A DNA stretch of 64,000 nucleotides from Eledone cirrhosa (lineage: Eukaryota). The stretch is taken from the NCBI GenBank assembly GCA_964016885.1, contig OZ024747.1, forward strand, positions 14,012,001 through 14,076,000, given 5' to 3'. The notes under the pieces are model-generated. The model ran no database searches, was not told the origin of the DNA, and saw only the letters and a list, made by a program, of their open reading frames with translations. Numbering within the stretch: the stretch's first letter is position 1; each line of letters starts with the position of its first letter. Positions 27,413 through 40,358 of the stretch are shown here, one piece after another. The translations under genes and the position numbers were made by a program.

Positions 27413-28283
27413 AAACTATGACAACCTGTCCAATACCAAACTATGACAACCTGTCCAATCTCAAACTATGACTACCTGTCCAATACCAAACTATGACAAC
27501 CTGTCCAATCTCAAACTATGACAACCTGTCCAATACCAAACTATGACAACCTGTCCAATACCAAACTATGACAACCTGTCCAATCTCAAACTATGACTAC
27601 CTGTCCAATACCAAACTATGACAACCTGTCCAATCTCAAACGATGACAACCTGTCCAATACCAAACTATGACAACCTGTCCAATACCAAACTATGACAAC
27701 CTGTCCAATACCAAACTATGACAACCTGTCCAATCTCAAACTATGACTACCTGTCCAATACCAAACTATGACAACCTGTCCAATCTCAAACTATGACAAC
27801 CTGTCCAATACCAAACTATGACAACCTGTCCAATACCAAACTATGACTACCTGTCCAATACCAAACTATGACAACCTGTCCAATACCAAACTATGACTAC
27901 CTGTGCAATACCAAACTATGACAACCTGTCCAATCTCAAACTATGACAACCTGTCCAATCTCAAACTATGACAACCTGTCCAATCTCAAACTATGACAAC
28001 CTGTCCAATACCAAACTATGACAACCTGTCCAATCTCAAACTATGACAACCTGTCCAATACCAAACTATGACAACCTGTCCAATCTCAAACTATGACTAC
28101 CTGTGCAATACCAAACTATGACAACCTGTCCAATACCAAACTATGACTACCTGTCCAATCTCAAACTCTGACAACCTGTCCAATCTCAAACTCTGACAAC
28201 CTGTCCAATCTCAAACTATGACAACCTGTCTAATCTCAAACTATGACAACCTGTCCAATCTCAAACTATGACAACCTGTCTAA
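27413..28283 (+). repeat. 25-bp minisatellite, about 35 copies
   Basis: aaactatgac(a/t)acctgtccaat(ac/ct)c. Confidence 0.97.
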
Positions 28284-28347
28284 TCCATGCTAGAATAGTA
28301 AAAGGTAAAATTATGACAGTGATTATGATGATGCCTGTGTAATAATT

Positions 28348-28542
28348 ATTAATAATTGTTTCTACTTTTGGCACAAGGCCAGCAATTATTCCAGTGTATT
28401 ACTGGTACTTTATTTTATCAACCCCCATAGGGATGAAAGGCAAAGTTAACCTCGATGGATTTGAACTCAGAACGAAAAGGGCCATAACTCTATGCTGCAA
28501 AGCATGGTGTCTGACACTCTACTGATACTGCCAAACCACCGC
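28348..28542 (-). mobile_element. Meta-like SINE
   Basis: Reverse complement of the family consensus. Confidence 0.8.
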
Positions 28543-29359
28543 AAAATAATGTAATATAACGGTTATAATGTTATAACACTGTAATGTTACGATTGAAATG
28601 AGAAGGGCTTTTTGAGGGACTGAAGCCTATGGGCAGGTGTGGTGTGTTGTGTGTGTGTAGTGAGGTGGGCTGAGGTTAATGGTAGAAAGAAGATTGAAGT
28701 CAGTTTGGTGGAGGAGGAGTGTTTGACATTAAAATTCTTTACTTTTGTCTATTTAATAAATTATTCTTGTGGCAGTTAATGATGGCAGCTAATTTGGTTT
28801 TCATGAGCATAGAGTTGTCTAATTTCGATTGGAAATTCAAATATATTTGGTGGGGGTGGTCATGGTGTGGTCATGGTGTGGGCAGTGTGTGGTGGCGGGG
28901 GACACATAAATATGTATATTGATGATTAGACGTGATCAGTCTCAACATTTAAAGAAGATTATGTCCTACATTTTGTGTGAGTGTGTGTGTTTGTGTGTGT
29001 GTTTGTGTGTGTGTGTGTGTGCATGTGTGCTTTTGTGGATTTTGTATGTATGTGTATCAGGAGGCAAATAGAGTTGTTAGATTGAATGCTTTGCAGTATT
29101 TGTTCTGGCCGCTACATACTGAGTTCAAATCTCATTGTGGTCAACTTTGTCTTTCATATTTTTTGGGGTGAATAAAAAAAAAAAAGCTGTATCAGTTCTG
29201 GGGTCCTTTCTTTCCCTCTATCACTCCCTTTCCTTCTCTGGAAGAAATCAGTTGTGTTCACACCTGGAAAGGGATGGCCTCTGCCATGTTTAAATTGCCC
29301 CAATACTTGCTGTATGTCGCTACAGCACTCCTTCAACTCTACCGGGTGTTTTAAGTCCA

Positions 29360-29632
29360 TACATACATGTATGTATACCACCATCCATCCTTCCATCCAT
29401 ATATACATACATGTATACCACCATCCTTCCATATATATATATATACATACATGTATACCACCATCCTTCCATATATATATATATATATACATGTATACCA
29501 CCATCCTTCCATATATATATATATACATACATGTATACCACCATCCTTCCATATATATATATATACATACATGTATACCACCATCCTTCCATATATATAT
29601 ATATATATACATACATGTATACCACCATCCTT

Positions 29633-29689
<57 letters not shown>

Positions 29690-29754
29690 CATGTATACCA
29701 CCATCCTTCCATATATATATATATATATATATACATACATGTATACCACCATCC

Positions 29755-29760
<6 letters not shown>
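29360..29760 (+). repeat. Compound repeat: constant catgtataccaccatccttcc plus variable (TA)n, about 8 units
   Basis: Direct reading of the sequence. Confidence 0.9.
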
Positions 29761-29790
<30 letters not shown>

Positions 29791-29797
<7 letters not shown>

Positions 29798-29896
29798 TGA
29801 GATTCTACAGGACTAGAACTGTTTCATTCATTAGAAATCATCAGGATGATTTCTAATGAATGAAACAGTTCTAGTCCTGTAGAATCTCATCTATAT
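29791..29896. repeat. Perfect 52-bp-arm palindrome containing an HHR core
   Basis: 29791-29842 is the reverse complement of 29845-29896; minus strand reads CUGAUGA uuuc-uaau-gaau GAAAC aguucua GUC. Confidence 0.85.
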
Positions 29897-30130
29897 TAAA
29901 ACTTTTATACTCTGCTATGTATTGAGTACCTTACTTACTGTGGTTACCTCCGATTCAACCCGGAATAACGTATATATATATATATATATATACATACATA
30001 CATGTATCATCATCATCATCATCATCATATATATATATGTATGTATATATACATGTATGTATATATATATACATCATCATCATATATATATGTATGTATA
30101 TATATACATCATCATCATCATATATATATT

Positions 30131-30178
<48 letters not shown>

Positions 30179-30378
30179 TGTATACACACAAACATGCATA
30201 CATGCATGTGATCACACACGCAGGCTTATACATATGCATACATATATTTAAGTTCTTTCTAAATAGCAGTTTTTCTCAACAATTAAACCCACGGTGTCAG
30301 AAATGCACACATACGCATTCAGAAATTCATATACTCACACTCACATTCATCACACTTGCGCACACGCACACACACACT

Positions 30379-30413
<35 letters not shown>

Positions 30414-30552
30414 TCCCTCTCTCTCTCTCTCTCTCCCTCTCCCTCCCTCTCTCTCTCCCTCTCCCTCCCTCTCCCTCCCTCTCTCTCTCCCTCTCCCTCT
30501 CTCCCTCTCTCTCTCCCTGTCCCCCCTCTTCCCCCCTCCCCCTCTCTCTCCT

Positions 30553-30583
<31 letters not shown>

Positions 30584-31049
30584 ACATTTAGGCATTCCTT
30601 ATTCTTCTTTATCCCTTGTTAGTTTTTTTTTTCTAACATTATTCAGTTGTTACTTTTAGTTATGGAGGTGGTGGAAGAGGAGGATGGGGAGGTGGGGGAG
30701 GTGGAAAAGGAAGTGGGGGAGGTGGAAGAGGAGGTGGGGGAGGTGGAAGAGGAGGTGGATATATGGTGATGGTGTAATGTGGTTGACAATGATATAGCGG
30801 GAGTGTTGTGGTGGTGGTGGTGCTGGTGATGGTATTGCTAGTGGTAGACATGGGGAAGTGTAATGTGGTTTTTGTTGGTAACGATGTGGTGATAGTTATG
30901 GAGATGATGATGATGATAATGGTGGTGGTGGTGGTAGTAGTGGTAGTATTTGTGGTTATAATGTGATTATTCCTGATAGTGGTGGTGGTGGTGGGGGGGG
31001 GAGTGGTTGTGTACTGATGTGTGGTTATAGCAGTAGAAATGTAAAATAG

Positions 31050-31645
31050 CTTTGTTGGTGGTGGTGGTGGTGTTGTTATTAGTGGTGGTGGTGGTGGTGT
31101 TGTTATTAGTGGTGGTGGTGGTGGTGTTGTTATTAGTGGTGATAGTGGTGGTGGTGGTGGTGGTGTTATTAGTGGTGATAGTGGTGGTGGTGGTGGTGGT
31201 GTTGTTATTAGTAGTGGTGGTGGTGGTGTTAGTGGTAGTGGTGGTGGTGTTGTTATTAGTGGTGTTGGTGTTGGTGGTGTTGTTATTAGTGGTGTTGGTG
31301 GTGGTGGTGGTGTTGTTATTAGTGGTGATAGTGGTGGTGGTGGTGGTGGTGTTATTAGTGGTGATAGTGGTGGTGGTGGTGGTGGTGTTGTTATTAGTAG
31401 TGGTGGTGGTGGTGTTAGTGGTAGTGGTGGTGGTGTTGTTATTAGTGGTGTTGGTGGTGGTGGTGTTGTTATTAGTGGTGTTGGTGGTAGTAGTGGTGGT
31501 GGTGGTGTTGTTATTAGTGGTGATAGTGTTGTTAGTAGTGGTGGTGGTGGTGGTGTTGTTGTTATTAGTGGTGATAGTGTTGTTAGTAGTGGTGGTGGTG
31601 GTGGTGTTGTTGTTATTAGTGGTGGTAGTGTTATTAGGGTGGTGA
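31050..31645 (+). repeat. (GGT)n-based compound microsatellite
   Basis: Units of gtggtggtgttgttatta. Confidence 0.9.
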
Positions 31646-31667
31646 TAGAAGTACTGTTATTATTATT

Positions 31668-31866
31668 GGTGGTGGATTGGCAGTATCGGTAGAGGGTCGG
31701 ACGCCATGCTTTGCAGCATAGAGTTACGGCCCTTTATGGTCTGAGTTCAAATCCCGCCGAGGTTAACTTTGCCTTTCATTCTTTCTTACGGGGTCGATAA
31801 AATAAAGTACCAGTAATACACTGGGATAATTGCTGGCCTTGTGCCTAAAGTAGAAACAATTATTAT
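31668..31866 (+). mobile_element. Meta-like SINE
   Basis: Family consensus inside a (GGT)n tract. Confidence 0.85.
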
Positions 31867-32531
31867 TGGTGGTGGTGGTAGTGGTGGGAGTAGTGTTGTT
31901 ATTAGTGGTGGTGGTGGTGTTACTGAGGAGGTGGTGGTGGTGGTGTTACCGAGGCGGTGGTGGTGGTGTTACCGAGGCGGTGGTGGTGATGCTGTTATCA
32001 TGATAGTGGTGGTGGTGGTGGAGTTACTGAGAGGGTAATGGTGGTGTTACCAAGGGGGTGATGGTGGTGGTGTCATCATTGTTTTTATTGTTGTTGATAT
32101 TAGTGTTGTAGTTGATGTCAGTGTTGTTGTTGTTGTTGTTGTTGGTGGTGGTGGCGGCAGTCATGTTATTGATGATGTGGGGTGGGGAGGTGCTATTTGT
32201 GGTTCTTCTAAAAGAGTTAGATGAAAGGTTAAAAGTTAAGTGAAAAATAATTTTGCTCCTACATTTTTTTCATCTTACTTGTAAATTGTTGTTGTTGTTA
32301 TAATTCTTCTTTTTTTCTTTTTCTTCTTCTTCTTCGTCTTATTATTATTATTATTTTGTTGTTGTTGTTTGAAGAAAAAAAAGAAAAAACCCCAAAACTC
32401 TTATAAAAATAGCTGAAGTTGGAAAATAATAAAATTTAGTTAAAAAATAAAAATACATATTGAAGAAGGAAAAGAAAAAAAATTTAAAAAGAAATCAATT
32501 GTGATAAAAAAAATTACTTCTACCTTCTCTG

Positions 32532-33020
32532 TCACCATCATCACCACCACCATCATCACCATCATCATCACCACCATCATCATCACCACCACCACCATCA
32601 TCACTATCATCATCACCACCACCACCATCACCACCACCACCATCATCACTATCACCATCACCACCACCACCATCACTATCACCATCACCACCACCACCAC
32701 CATCATCACCATCATCACAACTATCATCACCAGCACCACTATGATCATCACCACCATCATCACCACCACCACTATGATCATCACCATCATCATCACCACC
32801 ACCAGCACAACCACCATCATCATCATCATCATCACCACCAGCACCAACATCATCATCACCACCATCATCATCACCACCACCACCACCACCAACATCATCA
32901 TCACCACCACCACCACCATCACCACCACCATCATCACCACCACCACCAACATCACCACCACCATCACCACCACCACCATCATCACCACCACCATCAACAT
33001 CATCACCACCACCATTATCA
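32532..33020 (+). repeat. (CAC/CAT)n microsatellite
   Basis: Direct reading of the sequence. Confidence 0.9.
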
Positions 33021-33580
33021 TCTGCTGCAACAACAACAACAATTACTGTAACTGCAGCAAAAAATTCTTCAATAATGAAAATAGTTGTAGCTAAAAAGAA
33101 TTCTGTATAAGTGTGTCTGTAGTTGCCTTCCCCTGTGTGTGTATACATGTGTGTGTATATACATGTGTGTGTGTGATGTGTGATGTATACATGTGTGTGT
33201 GTGTGTGATGTGTGTGTATATACATGTGTGTGTATGCTGTGTGTGTGTGTGTGTATACATGTGTGTGTATGCTGTGTGATGTGTGTGTATATACATGTGT
33301 GTGTATGATGTGTGTGTATGTGTATATACATGTGTGTGTATGCTGTGTGATGTGTGTGTATATACATGTGTGTGTATGATGTGTGTGTATGTGTATATAC
33401 ATGTGTGTGTGTGATGTGTGATGTGTGTGTATATACATGTGTGTATATACATGTCTGTCTATGTTTATATGTGTGCCTATAGGTATGTGGATGTCACTGC
33501 ATGTGTAGTATGTGTATGATTGTGGTTGGGTGTTGTGTCTTTGTTTATGTGTTTGTGTGTGTGTATGGTGTGTGTGTGTG

Positions 33581-33618
<38 letters not shown>

Positions 33619-33654
33619 CACACACACACACACACATATCTATGTATATATGTT

Positions 33655-33687
<33 letters not shown>

Positions 33688-33919
33688 TCACACACACACA
33701 CATACATATATCTATGTATATATGTTTGTATATATATATATATATATATACATATATATATGTATATATATGTATACTTTGGGAGGGTCATGTTGCCAAT
33801 AAGAAACACACGCACCAGTTGCTTTCACTTCAATTTATTATAATAAATTTATAAATTTAGGAATTTATAAATTTCAGGTTGGTTGGTTGGTTCCACAACC
33901 AGATGATTGTTTATATAGT

Positions 33920-33962
33920 GTCAAAGTTCTTTCGTCACACATTCTGTGACCTCTTCAGTGAC
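33920..33962 (-). ncRNA. Minimal hammerhead ribozyme (Penelope-associated family)
   Basis: Minus strand: guca CUGAAGA g-gucaca-gaaug-ugugac GAAA g-aa-c U U ugac; CUU triplet. Confidence 0.65.
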
Positions 33963-34063
33963 TGGGGATTCTTTTCTTTGTTTTTGTGCCTCTCCTTTGT
34001 TCTGTCCTACGCCATCTTGTTTTTGTGTGTGTGTTGTCATATATGTATATATGTTTGTATATG

Positions 34064-34142
<79 letters not shown>

Positions 34143-34471
34143 CCCCCCCCCCCCAAAAAAAAAATGGCTAACTAAATATACACATGTTCTTTCTAATTCC
34201 TTCCTCTTCTCCTTCTCTGCCTTTCTATTTCATCTTTTTTCTCATTCTATCTCCCGATAAAGGACTTGTGCTCGAAACATCTAGACCCTTTACCTGCTAT
34301 ATCAAGCGTTAAACTAATATATTCATTGTAGTGTGTTTGATTTGTTATTTCTGTTTATATATATGATCATCATTGTTTAATGTCCATTTTCCATGCTAGC
34401 ATGGGTTATATGAGTTGTCCTGTTTTGAGACAAACCAGGCCATATGACCATGCCTTGCTTATATATATATA

Positions 34472-34731
34472 TCATCATCATCATCATCATCATCAACGTT
34501 TAACGTCCGTGTTCCACGCTTGCATGGGTTTGGACGGGGGTAGTCCCACTTGAGGCAAGAGTGATTGTCTTGCTCGCATAGGACTGTCTGGCAGGTTTTC
34601 TACAGTTGGATGCCCTTCCTAACACCAACCACATTTACAGTGTGGGTCTGGGAGGTTTTTACCGTGTTGCCTACACGGCCACATTACAGCGTGGACTGTG
34701 TGTTTTTTTGTTGTGACACCTACACGATCTC

Positions 34732-34733
<2 letters not shown>
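34472..34733 (-). mobile_element. RTE 3' UTR, truncated copy
   Basis: Near-identical to 48685-48945. Confidence 0.85.
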
Positions 34734-34793
<60 letters not shown>

Positions 34794-34872
34794 TACCTAT
34801 ATACATATTTATATGTCTGATATCCTCAAACACTTTCCATTCAAAATCGAACATTTCATACTTAAGGACCTG

Positions 34873-34929
<57 letters not shown>

Positions 34930-35369
34930 TATACACACACATATATATATATATATATAATTTACCTGAATATCCTTTTTACCATTTTTGAATTATATTT
35001 CGATGCAGACGCCGACATGAAGTATGTTATAGAATTTTAAGTCTATGTACTTTAGTTATTATTAGCTTAGTTATGTATATAATTGTAGGTAGAGACATGT
35101 TTTATGCAAGCATATAGGAGATTTAACTACGTATCCATATTTAGTCATTTGTCAGCCTATTTGAGGCAAAGAATGTCTTTAAAGAATTTAATTCTGAGTA
35201 TATGTAAGTGTTTAGTTGTAATAATTGAAGTCTATATGTAAGCATTCATGTCACTTATATATACATATGTATAATTCAAGAGAGATGTGTTTGTATGCAT
35301 GTGTGTATGAAGGGAAAAACGAATGTAAAATGATGATGATTGTCTAACTGGTTTTTACTGCATCCATTT

Positions 35370-35455
<86 letters not shown>

Positions 35456-35457
<2 letters not shown>

Positions 35458-35790
35458 AGGCACATGGCTTAGTGGTTAGAGCATTGGCCTTGCAATCGAA
35501 AGGTTGTGAGTTCAATTCTCAGACCGGGTGATGTGTTGTTTCCTTGAGCAAGACACTTTATTTCACATTGCTCCAGTTTACTCAGCTGTAGAAATGAGAT
35601 GATAGGGACTGGGGTCCATATCATTCCACTATAAAGTGGTCGTGGAGGTGCCACGGAAAAAAAGCACCCAGCACTCACTGTAAATGAGGTTGGTGTTAGG
35701 AAGGGCATCCAGCTGCAGAAATCAAGCCAGAATCAGTTCCCATCCCACCCTTGCAAGCAGGGAAAAAGCGGACGTAAAATGATGATGATG

Positions 35791-35791
<1 letters not shown>
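35456..35791 (+). mobile_element. tRNA-derived SINE with an RTE-derived 3' tail
   Basis: A box tggcttagtgg, B box gagttcaattc, ccttgagcaagacactt core, and a 3' part shared with the RTE UTR and (GAT)n. Confidence 0.88.
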
Positions 35792-35824
<33 letters not shown>

Positions 35825-36018
35825 AGCTGTGTATATATACATACACACACATATATATATGTATGCATATGCAAACATATGCAATACATGTATGTATATG
35901 TACATATATGTATATATATTACATATATATATTATATAATTAAGAATGGTATCCTGAAGGGGATTGTGAAACAGTTAAATAAGGTACTCAATACATTAGT
36001 AGAGAATAATCATATTTA

Positions 36019-36100
36019 ATTCATGTGAAATCATCAGGAATGTTCTGATGATTTCATTTGAATGAAACAGTTATAGTCCTGTAAAAGTCATTTCTATACA
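36019..36100 (+). ncRNA. HHR core of the same family as 29791, with a short fold-back
   Basis: CTGATGA(36045) tttcatttgaat GAAAC agttata GTC(36078), preceded by its own reverse complement gaaatcatcag. Confidence 0.55.
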
Positions 36101-36730
36101 ATAAATAATATATATTAAGATACATAATTCATACAAACAACATCAGCCAGTGCCAACGCTCATATCCTACAAGGACATCCTACAAGGACATATCCTACAA
36201 GGACAACTGAAAGACACCCACACGCATGATCTGGAATCCTAAGATCTGCCATTGTGCCCAGTGTGAGAGATGATGTCTGCAGCATGATTACCCCTTCACT
36301 CATCTTCCAAGCACTAATAAAAAAGAGACACCAAACCAACACAAAACCCACAATACAAAAAAGTCCCTAGCTGCTGATGAGGTAATACTGGTCCAAACTT
36401 TCCCCAAAACTCAGGAGCCATGCAGACATCCAGTAGGTACAAACACACAAACAGAAGACAAAGACAAGATGAAACAAAGATCAGAACAAGATCAGAGCAA
36501 GAATAGTTATTGACAAGGTGACATAGTGTGTGACAAAAGAGATTTGACAATTGATAGTTAACGAACTACTGGGTTACTAAACTAACTGATTTATGGATTC
36601 TTTACTCAACTAATGAAAAACTCGTCCTTGTGCTTTTATTGGCAGCATGACCCTCACAATATGTAACAATATCTGTTTCAATACAGAATTTCACACCAAG
36701 AATCTTGCAAAACAAATATAAAAAAACGAT

Positions 36731-37218
36731 TTAACTCTTTAGGATTTAAACAATTCCCTCACCTTTGTCTGTACAAACTGGCTGTTAAGGTATTGTTCTC
36801 AAAATACATAATATCAATAACTCGTCAATATTATGTGAGATAATTATGTAAAGCAAAGCCTGTACCGTGAAAATACTATAGTATATATCTAAGTCAAAAG
36901 TGTGTCTCAAGCTTGGAGAGTCATCAGGCCAGTGCTTATCCCAGTTTCCATGGACTTAGGTGACTGAGGGTACAATACTCCCCCCTGGACAGGATGCCAG
37001 ACGATCGCAGGATTTAAACTCGCAGCTATTGTTGGCACTAATTTTCAGTTGAGTATACTGGAGCAACATGAAATGAAGTGTTTTGATCAAGAACACACAA
37101 CACACAACCCAGTTTAGGAATTGAACCCACAACTTTATGGTCATAAGTCCAACACACTTACCACTAGGCCACGTGCTACCATAGTATATATCGAGTATAG
37201 TAAATGCTGAAGGGTTAA
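36731..37218. mobile_element. piggyBac-like MITE interrupted by a SINE (36890-37180, minus strand)
   Basis: TTAA-ctctttaggattta ... taaatgctgaaggg-TTAA; 12-bp TSD atagtatatatc at 36878 and 37181; uninterrupted relative at 47276-47501. Confidence 0.7.
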
Positions 37219-37702
37219 AATGTTGTATTGATCTTTAATCTTTAATATTTGGTGGTTGTTTCTAATTATACCATGGAATTACTACGGTGGCAGGGGGGAA
37301 CAGCTGGTATATCATTACACTACCTTGAAAAAAAATTATTTTCATTTTATTTATTGTTTTCTCTTCTTTTCTTAACCTTTCAATATTTTACAGTAGACCA
37401 CTTCTGAATTTACTACTTTACAAGTACTCTTCGCTATCATCTATTCTATTTGTGTATATGTGTATGCGTTTGTGTTTGTGGGTATGTGGTGGTAGTGGGT
37501 GGGTCTTTGAGTTTTTTGTTTTAATTTGATTGACTGCTGAGAAATTTTAATTATTGTTATTATCATCATCATCATCATTATCCACTTGTGACAATATTTC
37601 AACAAACTTGACTTTTAGCAACCACAAAAAAAAACCAAACAAACTATATATTATATATATATACATATATATATATATGTATATATATATGTCTATATAT
37701 AA

Positions 37703-37734
<32 letters not shown>

Positions 37735-37889
37735 GTAAAAGGAAAAGAAAATGCTGACAAATTGTTCCCAGTGAAAAATAGTTTAATTAGGAATAAGTAA
37801 AAATTAGTAATAGAATTGGTTAGTATTCAGTTTTGGTTTTAAGTTTTACCGGTTGTGCATTTCTAATGCTTTTCAAAAATAATTTTGAG

Positions 37890-38085
37890 ATAGAGCGCCC
37901 GTGGTGTTTGCTCTAATCTGATTAGTTTTGGAAATTTTACCTGTTTTTATGTAAAAAAAAAGTGGCTCCAGATGTATGAAAAAATTCTTGTGGTCAAAAA
38001 AATTTTGATTGGTCGGTAGAGGGCATGTGAATGTTAAAAATTGATTTTGCGCCAAATGTAGGTTTGTCTCGGCTGATTGAGAAGT
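37890..38085. promoter_or_regulatory. Candidate promoter or enhancer
   Basis: CpG-retaining unique sequence with inverted CCAAT (gattggtc) and an E2F-like gcgccaaa site. Confidence 0.25.
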
Positions 38086-38363
38086 CACTGAAAAATAAGT
38101 CTTTCAAGACAAATATGTGTGTGTGTGTGTAGTAGTAGTAGTAAAGAGGTTCGTTGTTGTGATAATGGTCAGCAGGAATGTGTGTGCGAACTGCAGCCTG
38201 TTGACAGTTCAAATGCCTATTAAGACAAGTGTGTGTGTGTGTGTGTGTGTGTAGCAGAGTAATTCGTGGTAGAGGGATGGTCAGTAGGAATGTGTCTATA
38301 CGTGTGTGGGGGATATTTTAATATGTTAAAAGATATTTTTCAGCTCTTGTCTTATACGGAGAA

Positions 38364-38395
<32 letters not shown>

Positions 38396-39067
38396 CTCTT
38401 TGTATGTTAATGTACGCTTGTGTGTGTGTGTATGTGTGTGTGTGTGTGGGTGGACCAGTATTTTTGTGATACTGGTAAAAATGGTGTACATTATTCGATA
38501 TTTTCAGTAAAAACGATTCTCTCAATAGAACATCAAAAACCTTAATAATAAAAGGTGTGAAATGATATATAGTATTGGCATAATACCAAGGTGTGTGTGA
38601 GTGTCCAGATTGTTCGTACTGCAAGGGGAATCCATTAGGCCTTGCCGTATTGGAATACTTGTGTACAAATATGTATGTGCCTATCAGTGTGCAATGCATG
38701 TGTGCGTATATGTATGTGTGTGTGTTGGCACGTTTATATCTATAGACATCAAAAGGTATGCAAATTTGTGTATATTTGTGTTGCACCATAGAACATGTGT
38801 GTTTACGTATGTCATTGTGTTTATATGTGGATAGAGATGTATGCTGATGTAGGTATGTATGTTGACGTATGTATGTTGTGGGTTCGTCTTAGGGAGAAGT
38901 GTTTAGACGGGGTCCGTATTTGTTAATAAAGTGAGATTCCTTGCTGATGCGCTGGACTCCAGTTCCTCAGTGAATTAACAACCCAACAAGGAACTGGGCA
39001 TATCAGAGTATTGACAATATCATACACCTAAACAACATATGTACTTGACTATACCATACTAATTCAA

Positions 39068-39122
39068 ACTGCCTGAAGAGGTCACAGCCAAAGATGGCTG
39101 TCACTGAAATATATATAGCAGT
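39068..39122 (+). ncRNA. Type I hammerhead ribozyme
   Basis: acugc CUGAAGA ggucacagcca-aaga-uggcugucacu GAAA uauaua U A gcagu; 5-bp stem I, about 10-bp stem II, palindromic stem III, AUA triplet, then AATAAA. Confidence 0.8.
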
Positions 39123-39226
39123 AATAAACGAAGCTAAATTTTAATCATTTGACTTTTATTTAACTTTATTTTATATATATGTATATGTATATATATATGT
39201 ATATGTATATATATATGTATATGTAT

Positions 39227-39336
<110 letters not shown>

Positions 39337-39538
39337 TTGTATATATATATATCCAAGTAAGTATGTTTTGAAACAGTGAGCAGGTTTGAAATTAGAAAAT
39401 AGAACAGCTTTCACCGTATTTTTGACTAAAGGAATTTTAGCCTGATAATGGGGTTTAGAACCCTCAGATAAATGGAAAAAGATGAGTATTGACGTATATG
39501 TTTATATGTATATATATGTTGTATGTATATATATGTTG

Positions 39539-39587
<49 letters not shown>

Positions 39588-39602
39588 ATATATATTTATA
39601 TA

Positions 39603-39869
39603 TCCAGGCTGAAACAAATGAGATCGTGTAGGTGTCACGACAAAAAAACACACAGTCCACGCTGTAATGTGGCCATGTAGGCAACACGGTAGAAACCTCC
39701 CAGACCCACACTGTAAACGTGGTTGGTGTTAGGAAGGGCATCCAACTGTAGAATACCTGCCAGACAGTCCTATGCGAGCAAGACAATCACTCTTGCCTCA
39801 AGTGGGAAAACCCCCGTCCAAACCCATGCAAGCGTGGAACACGGACGTTAAACGTTGATGATGATGATG
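39603..39869 (+). mobile_element. RTE 3' UTR, truncated copy
   Basis: Near-identical to 11370-11643. Confidence 0.85.
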
Positions 39870-39875
39870 TATATA

Positions 39876-39922
<47 letters not shown>

Positions 39923-40167
39923 CAACAACAAAATAATTCTTTCTATCATTGGCACAAGGTCAGCAATTTAGAAGATAAGATAAGGGAAGTCTATTATATT
40001 GATTGCAGTATTTAATTGGTAGTTTATTTCATCCAATATGGAAGGCTGAAAGGCCAAGTTTACCTCAGCTGGTTTTGAACTCAGAACATAGAAAGTTGTA
40101 CCTAAATACTACCAAGAATTTTGTCTGATGCTCTACTGACACCATCCTTAACAACAACAACACCAAT

Positions 40168-40358
40168 AACAATTGTTTCTACGTTTGGCACAAGGCCAGC
40201 AAATTACCCAGTGCATTACTGGTACTTTATTTTATCGACCCCGTAAGGATGAAAGGCAAAGTTAACCTCGGTGGGATTTGAATTCAGAATGGCAAGGGCT
40301 GTAACTCTATACGTCAAAGCATGGCGTCTGACCCTCTACCGATACTGCCAATCCGCCG
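40168..40358 (-). mobile_element. Meta-like SINE, flanked by two older copies spanning 39935-40560
   Basis: Reverse complement of the family consensus. Confidence 0.85.

Noticed and set aside
29360-29760. Constant repeat with variable spacers resembling a CRISPR array
   Set aside because: The spacers are only (TA)n of varying length; eukaryotic context and no cas genes
32495-33367. Gly/Asp-rich and Thr/Ile-rich ORFs, and poly-Val at 31052-31645
   Set aside because: Trinucleotide microsatellites
34995-35025. FDADAD peptide resembling the UGGT DADQ motif
   Set aside because: Wrong position (downstream of later exons) and no surrounding similarity
35456-35530. tRNA gene
   Set aside because: The A and B boxes belong to a multi-copy SINE head that continues into core and LINE-derived tail; no clean cloverleaf
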